From NCBI GenBank assembly GCA_047601445.1, contig JASGJH010000001.1:2144001-2208000 (forward strand): a stretch of 64,000 bases of DNA, in the 5' to 3' direction. This document shows positions 28,318 to 37,790 of this stretch, piece after piece (positions within the stretch are counted from its first letter, which is position 1; every line of letters starts with the position of its first letter). The notes under the pieces are model-generated. The model made no database searches and was not told the DNA's origin. It saw only the letters and a program-made list of their open reading frames with translations. Source of the stretch: Myxococcales bacterium (GTDB lineage: Bacteria > Myxococcota_A > Polyangia > Polyangiales > DASUME01). The position numbers and the translations under genes were made by a program.

Positions 28318-30720
28318 ATGCAGCGACGCCCCGCTTTCTCTCGTTCATTGATGACCTTGAGCCTGTTGTCTTGGATCACGGGTATACCGGCCGCGGCGCT
28401 GGCAGACGGGCTCCCTCTGTCCAAGAGCGTTCAGGCTGGAAAGCCCCTGCATCCGCTGAAGATCACGGTCGAAGGAGCGGGCCCAGTGGTCGTCACCGCG
28501 AACGGCAAGCGCCACGAGGTGCCCCTGCACGACGCGCGTGGCGCGAGCGTAGAGGTCGTGCCGCTCGCGGGTGACGCGGCCGTCACCCTGGTGCATGTCG
28601 AAGGCGCGAATGCCAACTGGGCCATGCTGTTGGGAGGTCGCGCCGGAAACAGCGTGCTGGCCAGCGGCAAGAGTGATTGGACCGGTGATCCAGGCGAGCG
28701 CCGCATGTTCTCGATCGAGGCGATCCCCGCAGAGGGCCCCCAGGGCGCGCGCAGCGTGCGCTTTGGCACGCGATACGAGGGGCTATCGCAATGCAGCGGC
28801 AAGGTGCCTTTAATAGGAGCCAAGCGTGTGGACCCGGTCACCCTCGAGGCGGCCGTGGATGTCCCGAACTTTCCCACTGGGGTGAGTCAGGACATCGAAG
28901 TAGCGGCGCTTGCCATCCCTGGCGCCCAGCCCGTGCTGGCAGGACTCGAGCCGGCTGGGTCCTCGCGTGTCGACGAAAGCACGGGGTTCTACCTGTTGCC
29001 CCGGACGGCGCTCGACGGCAAGGCGGACTCCCGCTGGTCGTTGGGGCCGGGTGAGTTCGCCACCCTGCGCTGGACGCAACGCAGCATAACGATCGACGCG
29101 CTGGAGCTGGACCTGGTGCCGACCGGTCCGGCACCGACGAGCGTGGTGCTCCTTGCGGACGGCGATCGTGTAATGCGGGTACCGCTTACGCCCTCCGCGC
29201 CGGCAAGCGGCCTCGCCACTCCGGCTACGGGCGCTGCCACTGCACCCGCGGGCACCGTTCGCGTCGCCTTCAAGGCGCCCTTGACCACACGCTGCCTCGC
29301 CTTGCTGAGCGATAACCTGGCGCCCGGCGCCAGCCTCGGCGTTCAGGAAGTGCGTGCCTACACCGAGCTCGACAAGCCGGGCAGCGTGGAGCGCCTGGTT
29401 TCTCTGCTCGTGCAGGACGGCGAATCCGGTGCGAGCGCGGCCGATTTGCTGGCGGCGCTCGGGGACCGCGGTGCACTTGCCGTGGCTGCGCGCTTCGAAG
29501 AGCTGTCGGCGCGAGGCAAGCGGCGCGGCCTGCGTGTGCTGGCCAAGGGCCTGGAGCAACCCGCGGTGCTGGCACGTGTGACGACCACGGCCCGTGAAGG
29601 TGATCGAGAGCTGAGTGAGCAGGCCCTCACGGTGCTGCAGGCCGGGGGAGAGGCTGGGCGCACGGGCTTGCGTGAGTTGGCGCTCGCCCCCGGGGAGCTC
29701 GGCGATACGGCCGCCAAGCTATTGGTCCAGCGTCCGGGTGAGATCCCTACCTTGCTCGGCGCGTTGAGTGCAGAGGGTGGTTCGGAACGACCGGGCCTGC
29801 GATCGGCGCTCACGCTGGCAGCGCGTCGGGAACCTGCGGCCTTTACTGGCGCCGTGGAAGCCTGGCTCAGCGCGACGCCATCGGTTCCAGCGCGCTCCTC
29901 GCTCGCGATCGCGGCGGCTTCGGCCGAGGCTCGCGGCCTGGCGTTGAAGCTGGCAGAGCCAGCGTGGACCTCGCAGCTCGAGTTCCCCGAGCGCTATCGC
30001 TTCGCCAGCGCCTTGGCCGCAGCCGACGCCTCCCCGGAGGCCGATGCCTGGCTCGAGCAGCAGGGTGGCTCGGCCGGGGAATGGATGATGCGGCGCGTCG
30101 CCTTCGAGTCCCTGCGTGCACGCGACCCAGCCCGCGCGGACAAGCTCGCCGAGGCGCTGGCCAGCGACGCCTACCCGCGCGTGCGTGCCGCGACACTCGA
30201 TGCCCTGGCGCGCGGCCCAGGCTGGACGCGGGCTGCCCAGATGGGACGCGAGGACAGCTGGCCGCTTGTGCGCGCGGCGGGCGCGCGGGCGCTCTCGGCG
30301 CAGCCAGAAGCGCGTGCTCAGCTCGAAGGCATGCTGACGGATGCGTCGGAGCGTGTGCGTGTCGCCGCCATCGACAGCTTGACCAGCCTGCAGGCCAAGC
30401 AAGCCTGGCCGGCCATCGAGGCTCGCATGAAGAGTCCGGACGACTCGCCCGATGTCCACGTGGCCGCCATCGGGTTCGCCCGTGAGCTGTGTGTGAGCGA
30501 AGCCCGCGAGTGGCTCATCAATGAAGTGCGGCGCGCGCTGCGCCCGGACGCCGGCGACGAGTCTGCTCGGGTGGGGGTGGATGCCCTCCATGCGCTGCAT
30601 GACCTGGGGGGTCAGGCTGCCCTCGATGCCAAGAACCTCGCCGCACGCCCGGAGACCCCACCGGGTCTGGCCAAGGCCTACGGGAATTTCCGCGCCTCGC
30701 GCTGCGAGAAAGCCCCCTGA
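28318..30720 (+). CDS. Exported HEAT-repeat protein with N-terminal beta domains
   Basis: Signal peptide (AALA-D); HEAT motifs DAYPRVRAA, DSWPLVRAA, DASERVRVAA; TATGGT-N7-ATG start at 28318. Confidence 0.8.
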   Translation: MQRRPAFSRSLMTLSLLSWITGIPAAALADGLPLSKSVQAGKPLHPLKITVEGAGPVVVTANGKRHEVPLHDARGASVEVVPLAGDAAVTLVHVEGANANWAMLLGGRAGNSVLASGKSDWTGDPGERRMFSIEAIPAEGPQGARSVRFGTRYEGLSQCSGKVPLIGAKRVDPVTLEAAVDVPNFPTGVSQDIEVAALAIPGAQPVLAGLEPAGSSRVDESTGFYLLPRTALDGKADSRWSLGPGEFATLRWTQRSITIDALELDLVPTGPAPTSVVLLADGDRVMRVPLTPSAPASGLATPATGAATAPAGTVRVAFKAPLTTRCLALLSDNLAPGASLGVQEVRAYTELDKPGSVERLVSLLVQDGESGASAADLLAALGDRGALAVAARFEELSARGKRRGLRVLAKGLEQPAVLARVTTTAREGDRELSEQALTVLQAGGEAGRTGLRELALAPGELGDTAAKLLVQRPGEIPTLLGALSAEGGSERPGLRSALTLAARREPAAFTGAVEAWLSATPSVPARSSLAIAAASAEARGLALKLAEPAWTSQLEFPERYRFASALAAADASPEADAWLEQQGGSAGEWMMRRVAFESLRARDPARADKLAEALASDAYPRVRAATLDALARGPGWTRAAQMGREDSWPLVRAAGARALSAQPEARAQLEGMLTDASERVRVAAIDSLTSLQAKQAWPAIEARMKSPDDSPDVHVAAIGFARELCVSEAREWLINEVRRALRPDAGDESARVGVDALHALHDLGGQAALDAKNLAARPETPPGLAKAYGNFRASRCEKAP

Positions 30721-30930
30721 ATCTCGGGTGTAAGCGCCTCTCCGTACTGGAAAAATTCGCGCTGGTTGCGGACGAAAACGTCTGCCCCTCACAGCTCTCG
30801 GGAACTTCCGCCCGCCGGCGTTGTCGGGAGTCCGAGCCGCGTGATAACGTCCGGCTCCCTTTGGGGCGGGGTGACCCGCTTTCTCTCTGTTAGGCGGCAC
30901 CGCGTTTCCGCCATGGCCAAGGACACCTGC

Positions 30931-31572
30931 ATGACCCGAGCCCGCCGTGTTTCGTTTCTCTCGCCCTTGCTCGCTGCGTTCCTCATCAGCGCGGCCTGCG
31001 ACCAGGCCGCTGGCGGCCCCGCAGTGGAAGTAGAGAAGCTGCCCGACATCAAACCGAGCCTGCCCGCGGTGCCCACGCTGCCGCCGCCACCCCACCCCAT
31101 CCAGTACCCTGACCAGTCCTACAGCCTGTTCGGCCTTCGCAAGAAGCTGAAGACCACCATGGACACGGACGTGGAGCTCACGGCCTACGTGGTGGAGACC
31201 TACACGCCGCCCGAGTGCCCCAAGGGCAAGACCTGCGGCCTGGCGCGCGCTCCGCACGTGTACCTCGCGGACACCAAGGACGAAGGAGATGCCACCAAGC
31301 GCATCTTGCTGGTGGGCTACGCCGAGAACCAGAAGGCCATCGACGACGCCATCATCGAGACGAAGAAGGGCAAGTACAAGGCGCCCGACCCCGAGTCCGG
31401 CCTGTTGCCCATCCCGGTGGACCTGTTCCCCGGAGCCAAGATCAAGGTGAAGGCGCGCTTCGCTCGCGTGTCCAGCTCGGGCTTCGCCCAGAGCGACGGT
31501 CTGCTCGACTACCGCGGACACACCACCATCGAGCCGCCGACGACGGTCCCGGATCCCAAGAAGAAGAGCTGA
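30931..31572 (+). CDS. Lipoprotein, unknown function (possible OB-fold-like domain)
   Basis: Lipobox ISAAC; Pro-rich linker; CPKGKTC; strong GC3 codon bias; followed by a terminator. Confidence 0.8.
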   Translation: MTRARRVSFLSPLLAAFLISAACDQAAGGPAVEVEKLPDIKPSLPAVPTLPPPPHPIQYPDQSYSLFGLRKKLKTTMDTDVELTAYVVETYTPPECPKGKTCGLARAPHVYLADTKDEGDATKRILLVGYAENQKAIDDAIIETKKGKYKAPDPESGLLPIPVDLFPGAKIKVKARFARVSSSGFAQSDGLLDYRGHTTIEPPTTVPDPKKKS

Positions 31573-31598
31573 ACAGAACGCTCTTGGTTCTCGCTGAA

Positions 31599-31630
31599 CG
31601 CCCGCTCCTTCGAGCGGGCGTTTTGCTTTT
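31599..31630 (+). terminator. Rho-independent terminator
   Basis: CGCCCGCTC-CTTC-GAGCGGGCG followed by TTTTGCTTTT. Confidence 0.85.
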
Positions 31631-31665
31631 GCACCGCAGCGCAGCAAACCTCTTTGAAAGGCCGG

Positions 31666-33535
31666 TCAGTGCTCGTGGTCGTGCTCGTGGAAGGGACCTT
31701 CTTCGTCCTCTTCCTCCGACTCGGCAGGGTTCGCGGCCGGCGCGGGGGCGACGGGGCCGCCCGCCAGCTCGCGCAGCAGGTCGAGCAGGCGCGCGTCCAC
31801 CTCCAGCACAGGACCGCCGTCGAAGCGCGCGTAGAGCCCACGCGGGCTGGCGGCGCCCAGCTCGAGGCGCAGCGAAGAAGCGTCCTGGTTCGCCCCCTTG
31901 CGGGACACCGAGAGGCTCGCCTGTGGGGTGCTCAAGCCCTGCTCGGGGCGCGGCTTCTCCCCCACGTAGGACAGCGCATGCGTCTTGAGCAGTGTCTTCA
32001 GCAACTCGCGGACCCGCAGCTCGGCCGAAGGCGGCAGCGCCTGCCCAGCCACCGACCACGCCCCCTCGCTCAGCGCGAGCGCGCGCGCAAAGCCTGGCGC
32101 ACGCGCCTCGATCTGGGCGAACTCGCTCGGCTGCTGGGCGTCCCAAGGCGTCAGACTGGTGAAACGTTGGGGAGCCGGATCTCAGCAAGTCCAAGAGCGC
32201 AGCCGGGAACACCGAGAGCAGAGGCTCCTCGCCGCGTTGAACCGGCAGCGAACCCTTGGCGAGCGCGCCGCGCACCACCAACGACTCACGCTTCGACCCA
32301 GCCAGCGTCAGGGTCATGCGCGCCTGCTCGGGACCAGGGCTCAAGGGCAAGAACTCACTGGCACGAAGAGCCGCCAGCTGCGACAGCCAAAGCTCCACTG
32401 CCTCGCGATCCACGTTCTCCTTGGCCGCACCGACCCAGTTCTCTCCGTCGCGCTTGAGCGATAGCTTGCGACCGCCCGCCGACAGCTCGAAGGCCTCCAC
32501 TTGGCTGGGATCCACGCCCAACAGGCCTTGTCGACGGAAGGTGCTGAAGTCGGCGCTGAACGGCTTGAGCGCGTCGGCCGCCACGCACACCACGGGTCCC
32601 TTGGCGCCCGCTTGAGCAAGCCGCTCGTCGGCATGGTCGGGACAAGGCCCGGCCACGCGCAACTCCACGAGCCGCGGAGACTGATCCTCGCGCTTCTGGT
32701 CGGGCAAGATGCTCACACGCACGGCGATCTCGGGCTTGGCGAGCGCCACCTGGGCGCCCGTGAGCAAGGGACCCGGCTCGAGGTAACGCGTGGCCTTGAG
32801 GTCATCCAGGGCCGATAGAGACCCGTCGATGTGCCCGCCGTCGGCAAAGCCCTTGGGTCCCTGGGTCGCATCACTCACCTCGAACCACCAAGGCGCATCG
32901 CCCTCACCACGCGACAGCACGAGCTTCTGATCGCCGTGATCGATCTCTACCTTGCGCACCCACCCGATGACGATGGAGGCGCCCAGGATGTCTTTGCCTC
33001 GGAAGTGACCGCTCGAATGGTCGAGCGCCTCCGTGAGCGTCTTGGGCACGACGTAGGCGCTGTCGGCGTCGTCGGTGCGCACGTAGACGCTCTCCCCGTG
33101 AACGTCCGGCTTGCCCACAGCCAACAGATGACGCTCGTCGCCCGCGCGATACCAGATGCGGTAGCGCGGCGCGCTCAAACCGAACGCCTTGGCGTCGGCG
33201 GCGCTGACGTTCTCGAGGGTGCGGCGCGCGCTGAGCCACTCGAGCTCCCCCAACACCTGATCGACCGCGTCCTGATCGGCTTCGGTCCGTTCGGGCTCGA
33301 GCATTTGCCAAGCGCCTAGCGTACCGTCCTCGAGCGGCTTGCGCTCGAGCACCACCGCCTTGCCACCACGCTGAAGCTCGAGCCGATCGACACGCTCGCG
33401 CACGAACGAGCCGAGCACGCGCCCCTTGCGAGCGTCGAGCTCTTTGCTGGTAAGGCTCGTGCGCTCGAAGACGAGCACATAACCCACGAGCAGCGCCGTG
33501 AGCGCCGCCAGAACCAAGACCGCGCGCTGACTCAT
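31666..33535 (-). CDS. DUF4340-domain protein (GldG-associated), frameshifted at ~32182
   Basis: N-terminal TM; repeated W..P...AD...V..L / FGL..P modules. After LLDLL the protein-like frame shifts to DPAPQRFTSLTPW...HEHDHEH* ending at 31666. Confidence 0.75.
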
Positions 33536-33563
33536 GCCGGGTTGCCTCGCTCTTCCTGTCGCC

Positions 33564-35093
33564 TCATTGCCGGCGCTGCCACCAGACGCCGAGCCCGAGC
33601 ACGAGCGCCGAGAGGGGCATCAACAGCACGACCCGCAGGAACACGCCGAACAAGCCATCCTCGGTCATCACCACGGACTGCGCGTTGATCTTGCGCGGCG
33701 CGATGGCCACCAACGCCTCACGCTCCGTGAGCCAGCCGGTGAAGCTCGAGAGCAGATCGACGTTGGCCACCTCGGCTTGATCGATGAACTGCGGAGCGAG
33801 CCAGTCGCTGTCCCCGATCACGATCATGCGGCCACCGAGGCGCTTGGGCTTGCCGCTGCCGGGTTCCTCGGGGCGCGTGTCCACGGCCGCCGCCAGCGTG
33901 ACGGGCGCTTGCACGTCCCCCTCGCCGGGCTTGAGGTCGTCCCCCGCGGTGAGCTGGGTGAGCGTGGACTCTCCGTAGGCCTTCTCGCTCGCCTTGAGCA
34001 ACACCTGGGCATCGCTGCCAGGGGCCACGCTCAGCGTGCGCGCCAGCTGCATCACCACCGGCGCGCCGAGCGCAACCAGCGGGCGCACCGTCTCGTGATC
34101 GCCGAAGCCGAGCACGAGAAAATGCTCCACCGGGCTCGGCGAGAGCAGACGCGCGGCATCGAGCTCCACCAGCACGTCCTGATCCAACGTCACACCGAAG
34201 GCCGACGTCAGCCCTTCGAGCCCGGTCGGCAGGATCTGCTCTCCCGAGATCACCGGATCGAGCATGAGCAAAAGGTTGCCGCCGGCCTCGAGATAGCTCT
34301 TGAAGGCAGCACTCTCCGCATCCGTGAACGCCTTTTGGGGCCCCAGCACGAACACCGCGTCGCAGTCCTTCGGGAAGCTGTCTTTGCCGCGCGTGGCGAG
34401 CGACTCGAGCACGATGTTCTCGCGCTTGAGCACCTCGCGGATGGAGGTGAGGTTGCGCTCACCTCCGTTGTCGAGCGTCCACTCGCCGTGACCGTCCGTG
34501 ACGCACACCTTGGTGGGACGTCCCGTCGTGACCTGCACCAGAGCGCCGGTCAGCGCCTGCTCGGTCTTGACGTTCACCTTCGGTGTCTGGCCCTGCCCCT
34601 CGAGCGAGTCGTAGTCCAGCTCGACCAGATCGGGGCGCGTGATGCTCCAGCGCTTGTCGCCGCTCACGGCCAGCACGGCCAATTCGGCCTCGGTCTGGCC
34701 ACCTTCGTGCAGCGCCACGCGGACGCCGAACTTCTCCGCCAGGAGTCGGAACTTGGCGGGCTCGCGATCGGGGTCCACGGTGTGTACCGTGAGCTTGTCG
34801 GTCTTCGATTGGTAGCGGGTCAGGAGTTCCTTGATCTCCTGGAAATTGGGCTCCCCGCTCGACATGAACAGGTAGAGGTCCACCGGTTTGGGCAGCTCCT
34901 TGAGCACCTCCTCGGTGCGCGGCGACAGCGTGAACAGCTGGTCACGTGTCAGGTCCCAGCGCTCGTAGCGTCGGAACGAGATGTAGTTCACCAGCACCAC
35001 GATCATCGCCACCAGGGCCGAGCCCACGATGGCCAGGCTCTTGGACGCGCTCGCGCCGGAGGCGGGCTTCGACTTCGGGCTTGCCTCGGTCAT
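33564..35093 (-). CDS. GldG-family ABC auxiliary component
   Basis: RWDLTRDQLFTLSPRT, VDPDREP, EQALTGAL, TDGHGE, YLEAGGNLL, VIGDSDW, C-terminal TM WWQRR; ATGA overlap. Confidence 0.9.
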   Translation of the reverse strand: MTEASPKSKPASGASASKSLAIVGSALVAMIVVLVNYISFRRYERWDLTRDQLFTLSPRTEEVLKELPKPVDLYLFMSSGEPNFQEIKELLTRYQSKTDKLTVHTVDPDREPAKFRLLAEKFGVRVALHEGGQTEAELAVLAVSGDKRWSITRPDLVELDYDSLEGQGQTPKVNVKTEQALTGALVQVTTGRPTKVCVTDGHGEWTLDNGGERNLTSIREVLKRENIVLESLATRGKDSFPKDCDAVFVLGPQKAFTDAESAAFKSYLEAGGNLLLMLDPVISGEQILPTGLEGLTSAFGVTLDQDVLVELDAARLLSPSPVEHFLVLGFGDHETVRPLVALGAPVVMQLARTLSVAPGSDAQVLLKASEKAYGESTLTQLTAGDDLKPGEGDVQAPVTLAAAVDTRPEEPGSGKPKRLGGRMIVIGDSDWLAPQFIDQAEVANVDLLSSFTGWLTEREALVAIAPRKINAQSVVMTEDGLFGVFLRVVLLMPLSALVLGLGVWWQRRQ

Positions 35094-35836
35094 ACCCACC
35101 TCCGCCCCTCGAGCACGCGCCAGGCGAGGTACACGAACAGCGCCGCCACACTCAGGTCGAACACTACGAAGCGAGAGTCCACGATGCCCTTGGAGAAGGC
35201 CTGCATGTGTCCCCACAGGCTGATGTAGTCCACCGCGTCGCGATAGGCGGCGAAGCTCTCGATGAAGGAGAGCAGACCGACCGCGAACAACCCCGCCAGG
35301 ATCATGAAGGTGAGTAGTGCTGCGGTGATTTGGTTCTTGGCCAGTGCGCTCATCGCGAGTCCGATGGCCATGTAGTAGGTGCCGATGCCGAGCACACCCA
35401 GGTAGCTGGAGAGCACGGCGCCCATGTCCACGTTGCCGAACTGCCGCGTGATCCAGACGTAAAGCCCCGTGGGAATCCAGAGCGCGATCCAGAACACCAG
35501 GGCCGCCATGTACTTCCCGAGCACCACGTGCGCCGTGGTGATGGGCGCGGTCAGGAGCGGCTCGAGGGTGCCGGTATGTCGCTCCTCCGCCAGCAGGCGC
35601 ATCGTGAGCACCGGCGCGAACACCAACAGCGGGATGAAGAAGAGCACGGAGCCACCGAAGAACGCGCTGAGCGGGTTGGAGCTCGCGCTGAGGCTCGGTG
35701 CGCCAGCGTAGAGGCCAGCCAACAGGTAGTACTGCAGGCCGCACCAGATGAGCCACACCACCGTGACGACGTAGGCGATGGGCGAGACGAAGTAGGCGAA
35801 CACTTCGCGTTTGGCGATGGTCCAGGCGGGTTTCAC
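35090..35836 (-). CDS. ABC-2 permease (GldF-like)
   Basis: IAKREVFAYFVSPIAYVV, LTMRLLAEERHTGTLEPLLTAP, VVLGKY; six TM segments. Confidence 0.92.
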   Translation of the reverse strand: MKPAWTIAKREVFAYFVSPIAYVVTVVWLIWCGLQYYLLAGLYAGAPSLSASSNPLSAFFGGSVLFFIPLLVFAPVLTMRLLAEERHTGTLEPLLTAPITTAHVVLGKYMAALVFWIALWIPTGLYVWITRQFGNVDMGAVLSSYLGVLGIGTYYMAIGLAMSALAKNQITAALLTFMILAGLFAVGLLSFIESFAAYRDAVDYISLWGHMQAFSKGIVDSRFVVFDLSVAALFVYLAWRVLEGRRWV

Positions 35837-36819
35837 GAGACCTTCTCCTGAGCTGGCTCGCTGGCCTCGGTGCCGACCTCGCGGGTGGTGAGGCGCGTGA
35901 AGACGTCCTCCAGGGTGGCGTCCTCACGACGCAGCTCGCGCAGGTTGAGCCCGGCGTCCGCCACCTGGCGGAACACGGATTCGGCCACGCTGTCGAGGTC
36001 CGTGGCCGCGACCTCGAGTCGAGCGCGCAACACGCCCTCGGTGCCGACGGGATTGATCACGGGCGCGCCGTGCAGCTTGTCCACCTTGGACAGGGCAGCC
36101 ACCAACGTCGGCTGATCGGCGCGCAGCTCCAGCGTCAGCGAACGCACGCCAGCGCCGGCGCTGCGCAGATCCTCGGGGCGGCCGGTGGAAACCAGGCGTC
36201 CCTTGTCGATGATCAGCACCCGCCCACAGATGGCCTCCACCTCGGGCAGGATGTGGGTCGAGAGCAAGACGGTCTTTTCCCGCGACAGCTCGCGGACGAG
36301 ATCGCGCACCTGGCGGATCTGGTTCGGATCGAGGCCCGCCGTGGGTTCGTCGAGGATCAACAGGGGCGGATCGGCCACCAGCGCATCGGCCAGTCCCACG
36401 CGTTGCCGGTAGCCCTTGCTGAGCTGACCGATGATGCGCGTGCGCACGTCTCCGACGTTGGCTAGTTGGAGGGCCCGGTCGACCCCCTTCTCGATGTGCC
36501 CGCGCGGCACGCCCTTGAGTTCGGCCCGGAACCGCAGGTATTCGATTACCCGCATGTCGAGGTAGAGCGGGACCGCTTCGGGCATGTATCCCACGCGTCG
36601 CTTGACCTCGGTCGGTTCCTTGCGCGCGTCCAGTCCGGCCACCCGCACCTCTCCCTCGCTGGGCTCGAGGAAGCCGGTAAGCATGCGCAAGGTCGTGCTC
36701 TTGCCAGCACCGTTTGGTCCCAGAAAGCCCACCACCTCCCCGCGCGCTACCTCGAAACTGAGATCTCGCACGGCGACACGGTCACCGTAGCGCTTCACCA
36801 AGTGACGAACTTCAATCAC
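35833..36819 (-). CDS. ABC transporter ATP-binding protein (GldA-like)
   Basis: GTG 36819 after AGGAG; GPNGAGKST, LSKGYRQR, LILDEPT, STH. Confidence 0.95.
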   Translation of the reverse strand: MIEVRHLVKRYGDRVAVRDLSFEVARGEVVGFLGPNGAGKSTTLRMLTGFLEPSEGEVRVAGLDARKEPTEVKRRVGYMPEAVPLYLDMRVIEYLRFRAELKGVPRGHIEKGVDRALQLANVGDVRTRIIGQLSKGYRQRVGLADALVADPPLLILDEPTAGLDPNQIRQVRDLVRELSREKTVLLSTHILPEVEAICGRVLIIDKGRLVSTGRPEDLRSAGAGVRSLTLELRADQPTLVAALSKVDKLHGAPVINPVGTEGVLRARLEVAATDLDSVAESVFRQVADAGLNLRELRREDATLEDVFTRLTTREVGTEASEPAQEKVS

Positions 36820-37121
36820 CGACGCTCCTGGGCTGGATACCGGGCCCTTTCGTAACCAGCATCGCGTTTCCCCGCAAGCTCGGGCCCGGTCCTGAAAATC
36901 TGGCCGCCCCCCCGCAACGAAGGGCAAAGAGCATGGGCGTGGTATGGTCAGCGAACGGTGGGACCCTCTTCTCGGCAGCGCTGGGACAGGCTTTGCCTGC
37001 GGGCACAAGCGTGCCGGCGCGCGCGCGCTGGGGTTCTGCTCGCGGGCGGACCCGCCCGCTTCGACCGCCCGAGGTCCGCGCTCTCCTGGCCCCCCTGCCG
37101 CTCCTACGCGGCCCGAGGCCC

Positions 37122-37790
37122 ATGCTGAGCCCCGACGAAGAATTGGTCCAGCGGGCCCAACGAGGCGATCGCGCAGCCTTCAAAGCGCTGTTCATGGCTC
37201 ACCGGGCCCAGGTCGCCCGGCTGGTTCAGCGTTTCGTGCCCGCCAATGAAGTCGAGGATGTCTCGCAGGAGGTGTTCCTCCATGTGCACCGCTCCCTGGG
37301 CTCGTTCCGAGGTGACTCGCGGTTCTCGACCTGGCTCTACCGACTGACGCTCAACGTGACCCGGATGCACGTCCGCAAGCAGCAGTCGCGTCCCAAGCTC
37401 TCCCTGGCTGGGGACGACGAGCACGGCCGGCTCGAGCGCACCGAGCCCGAGACCCCCGCCTCGGAAGCCGAGCGCAACGAGCGCTTGGCGGCCCTGCGGC
37501 GGCTGGTGGGAGAGCTAGCGGAGAAGAAGCGCGAGGCGCTCGTCCTGCACGACTTCGAGGGGCTCTCGGCGGAAGAGATCGCCAAGATCGTGGAAGCTCC
37601 GGTGATGACCGTGCGAACCCGGGTGTTCTACGCCCGCAAGGAGCTCTACGCGGCCATCGCCTTGGACCCCGCGCTCGCGCAAGCCCACCAGGCGCTGCTC
37701 GCGAGTTCGGCCAAGAACGTCGGCAGCGGCGGAAAGGCTGGGCTTGCCCGCAATTCCGAGCCGGCCACGACTTCCGGAGAGGGCGAATGA
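37122..37790 (+). CDS. ECF RNA polymerase sigma factor
   Basis: EDVSQEVFL, FRGDSRFSTWLYRL, EGLSAEEIA...TVRTRVFYAR. Confidence 0.92.
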   Translation: MLSPDEELVQRAQRGDRAAFKALFMAHRAQVARLVQRFVPANEVEDVSQEVFLHVHRSLGSFRGDSRFSTWLYRLTLNVTRMHVRKQQSRPKLSLAGDDEHGRLERTEPETPASEAERNERLAALRRLVGELAEKKREALVLHDFEGLSAEEIAKIVEAPVMTVRTRVFYARKELYAAIALDPALAQAHQALLASSAKNVGSGGKAGLARNSEPATTSGEGE

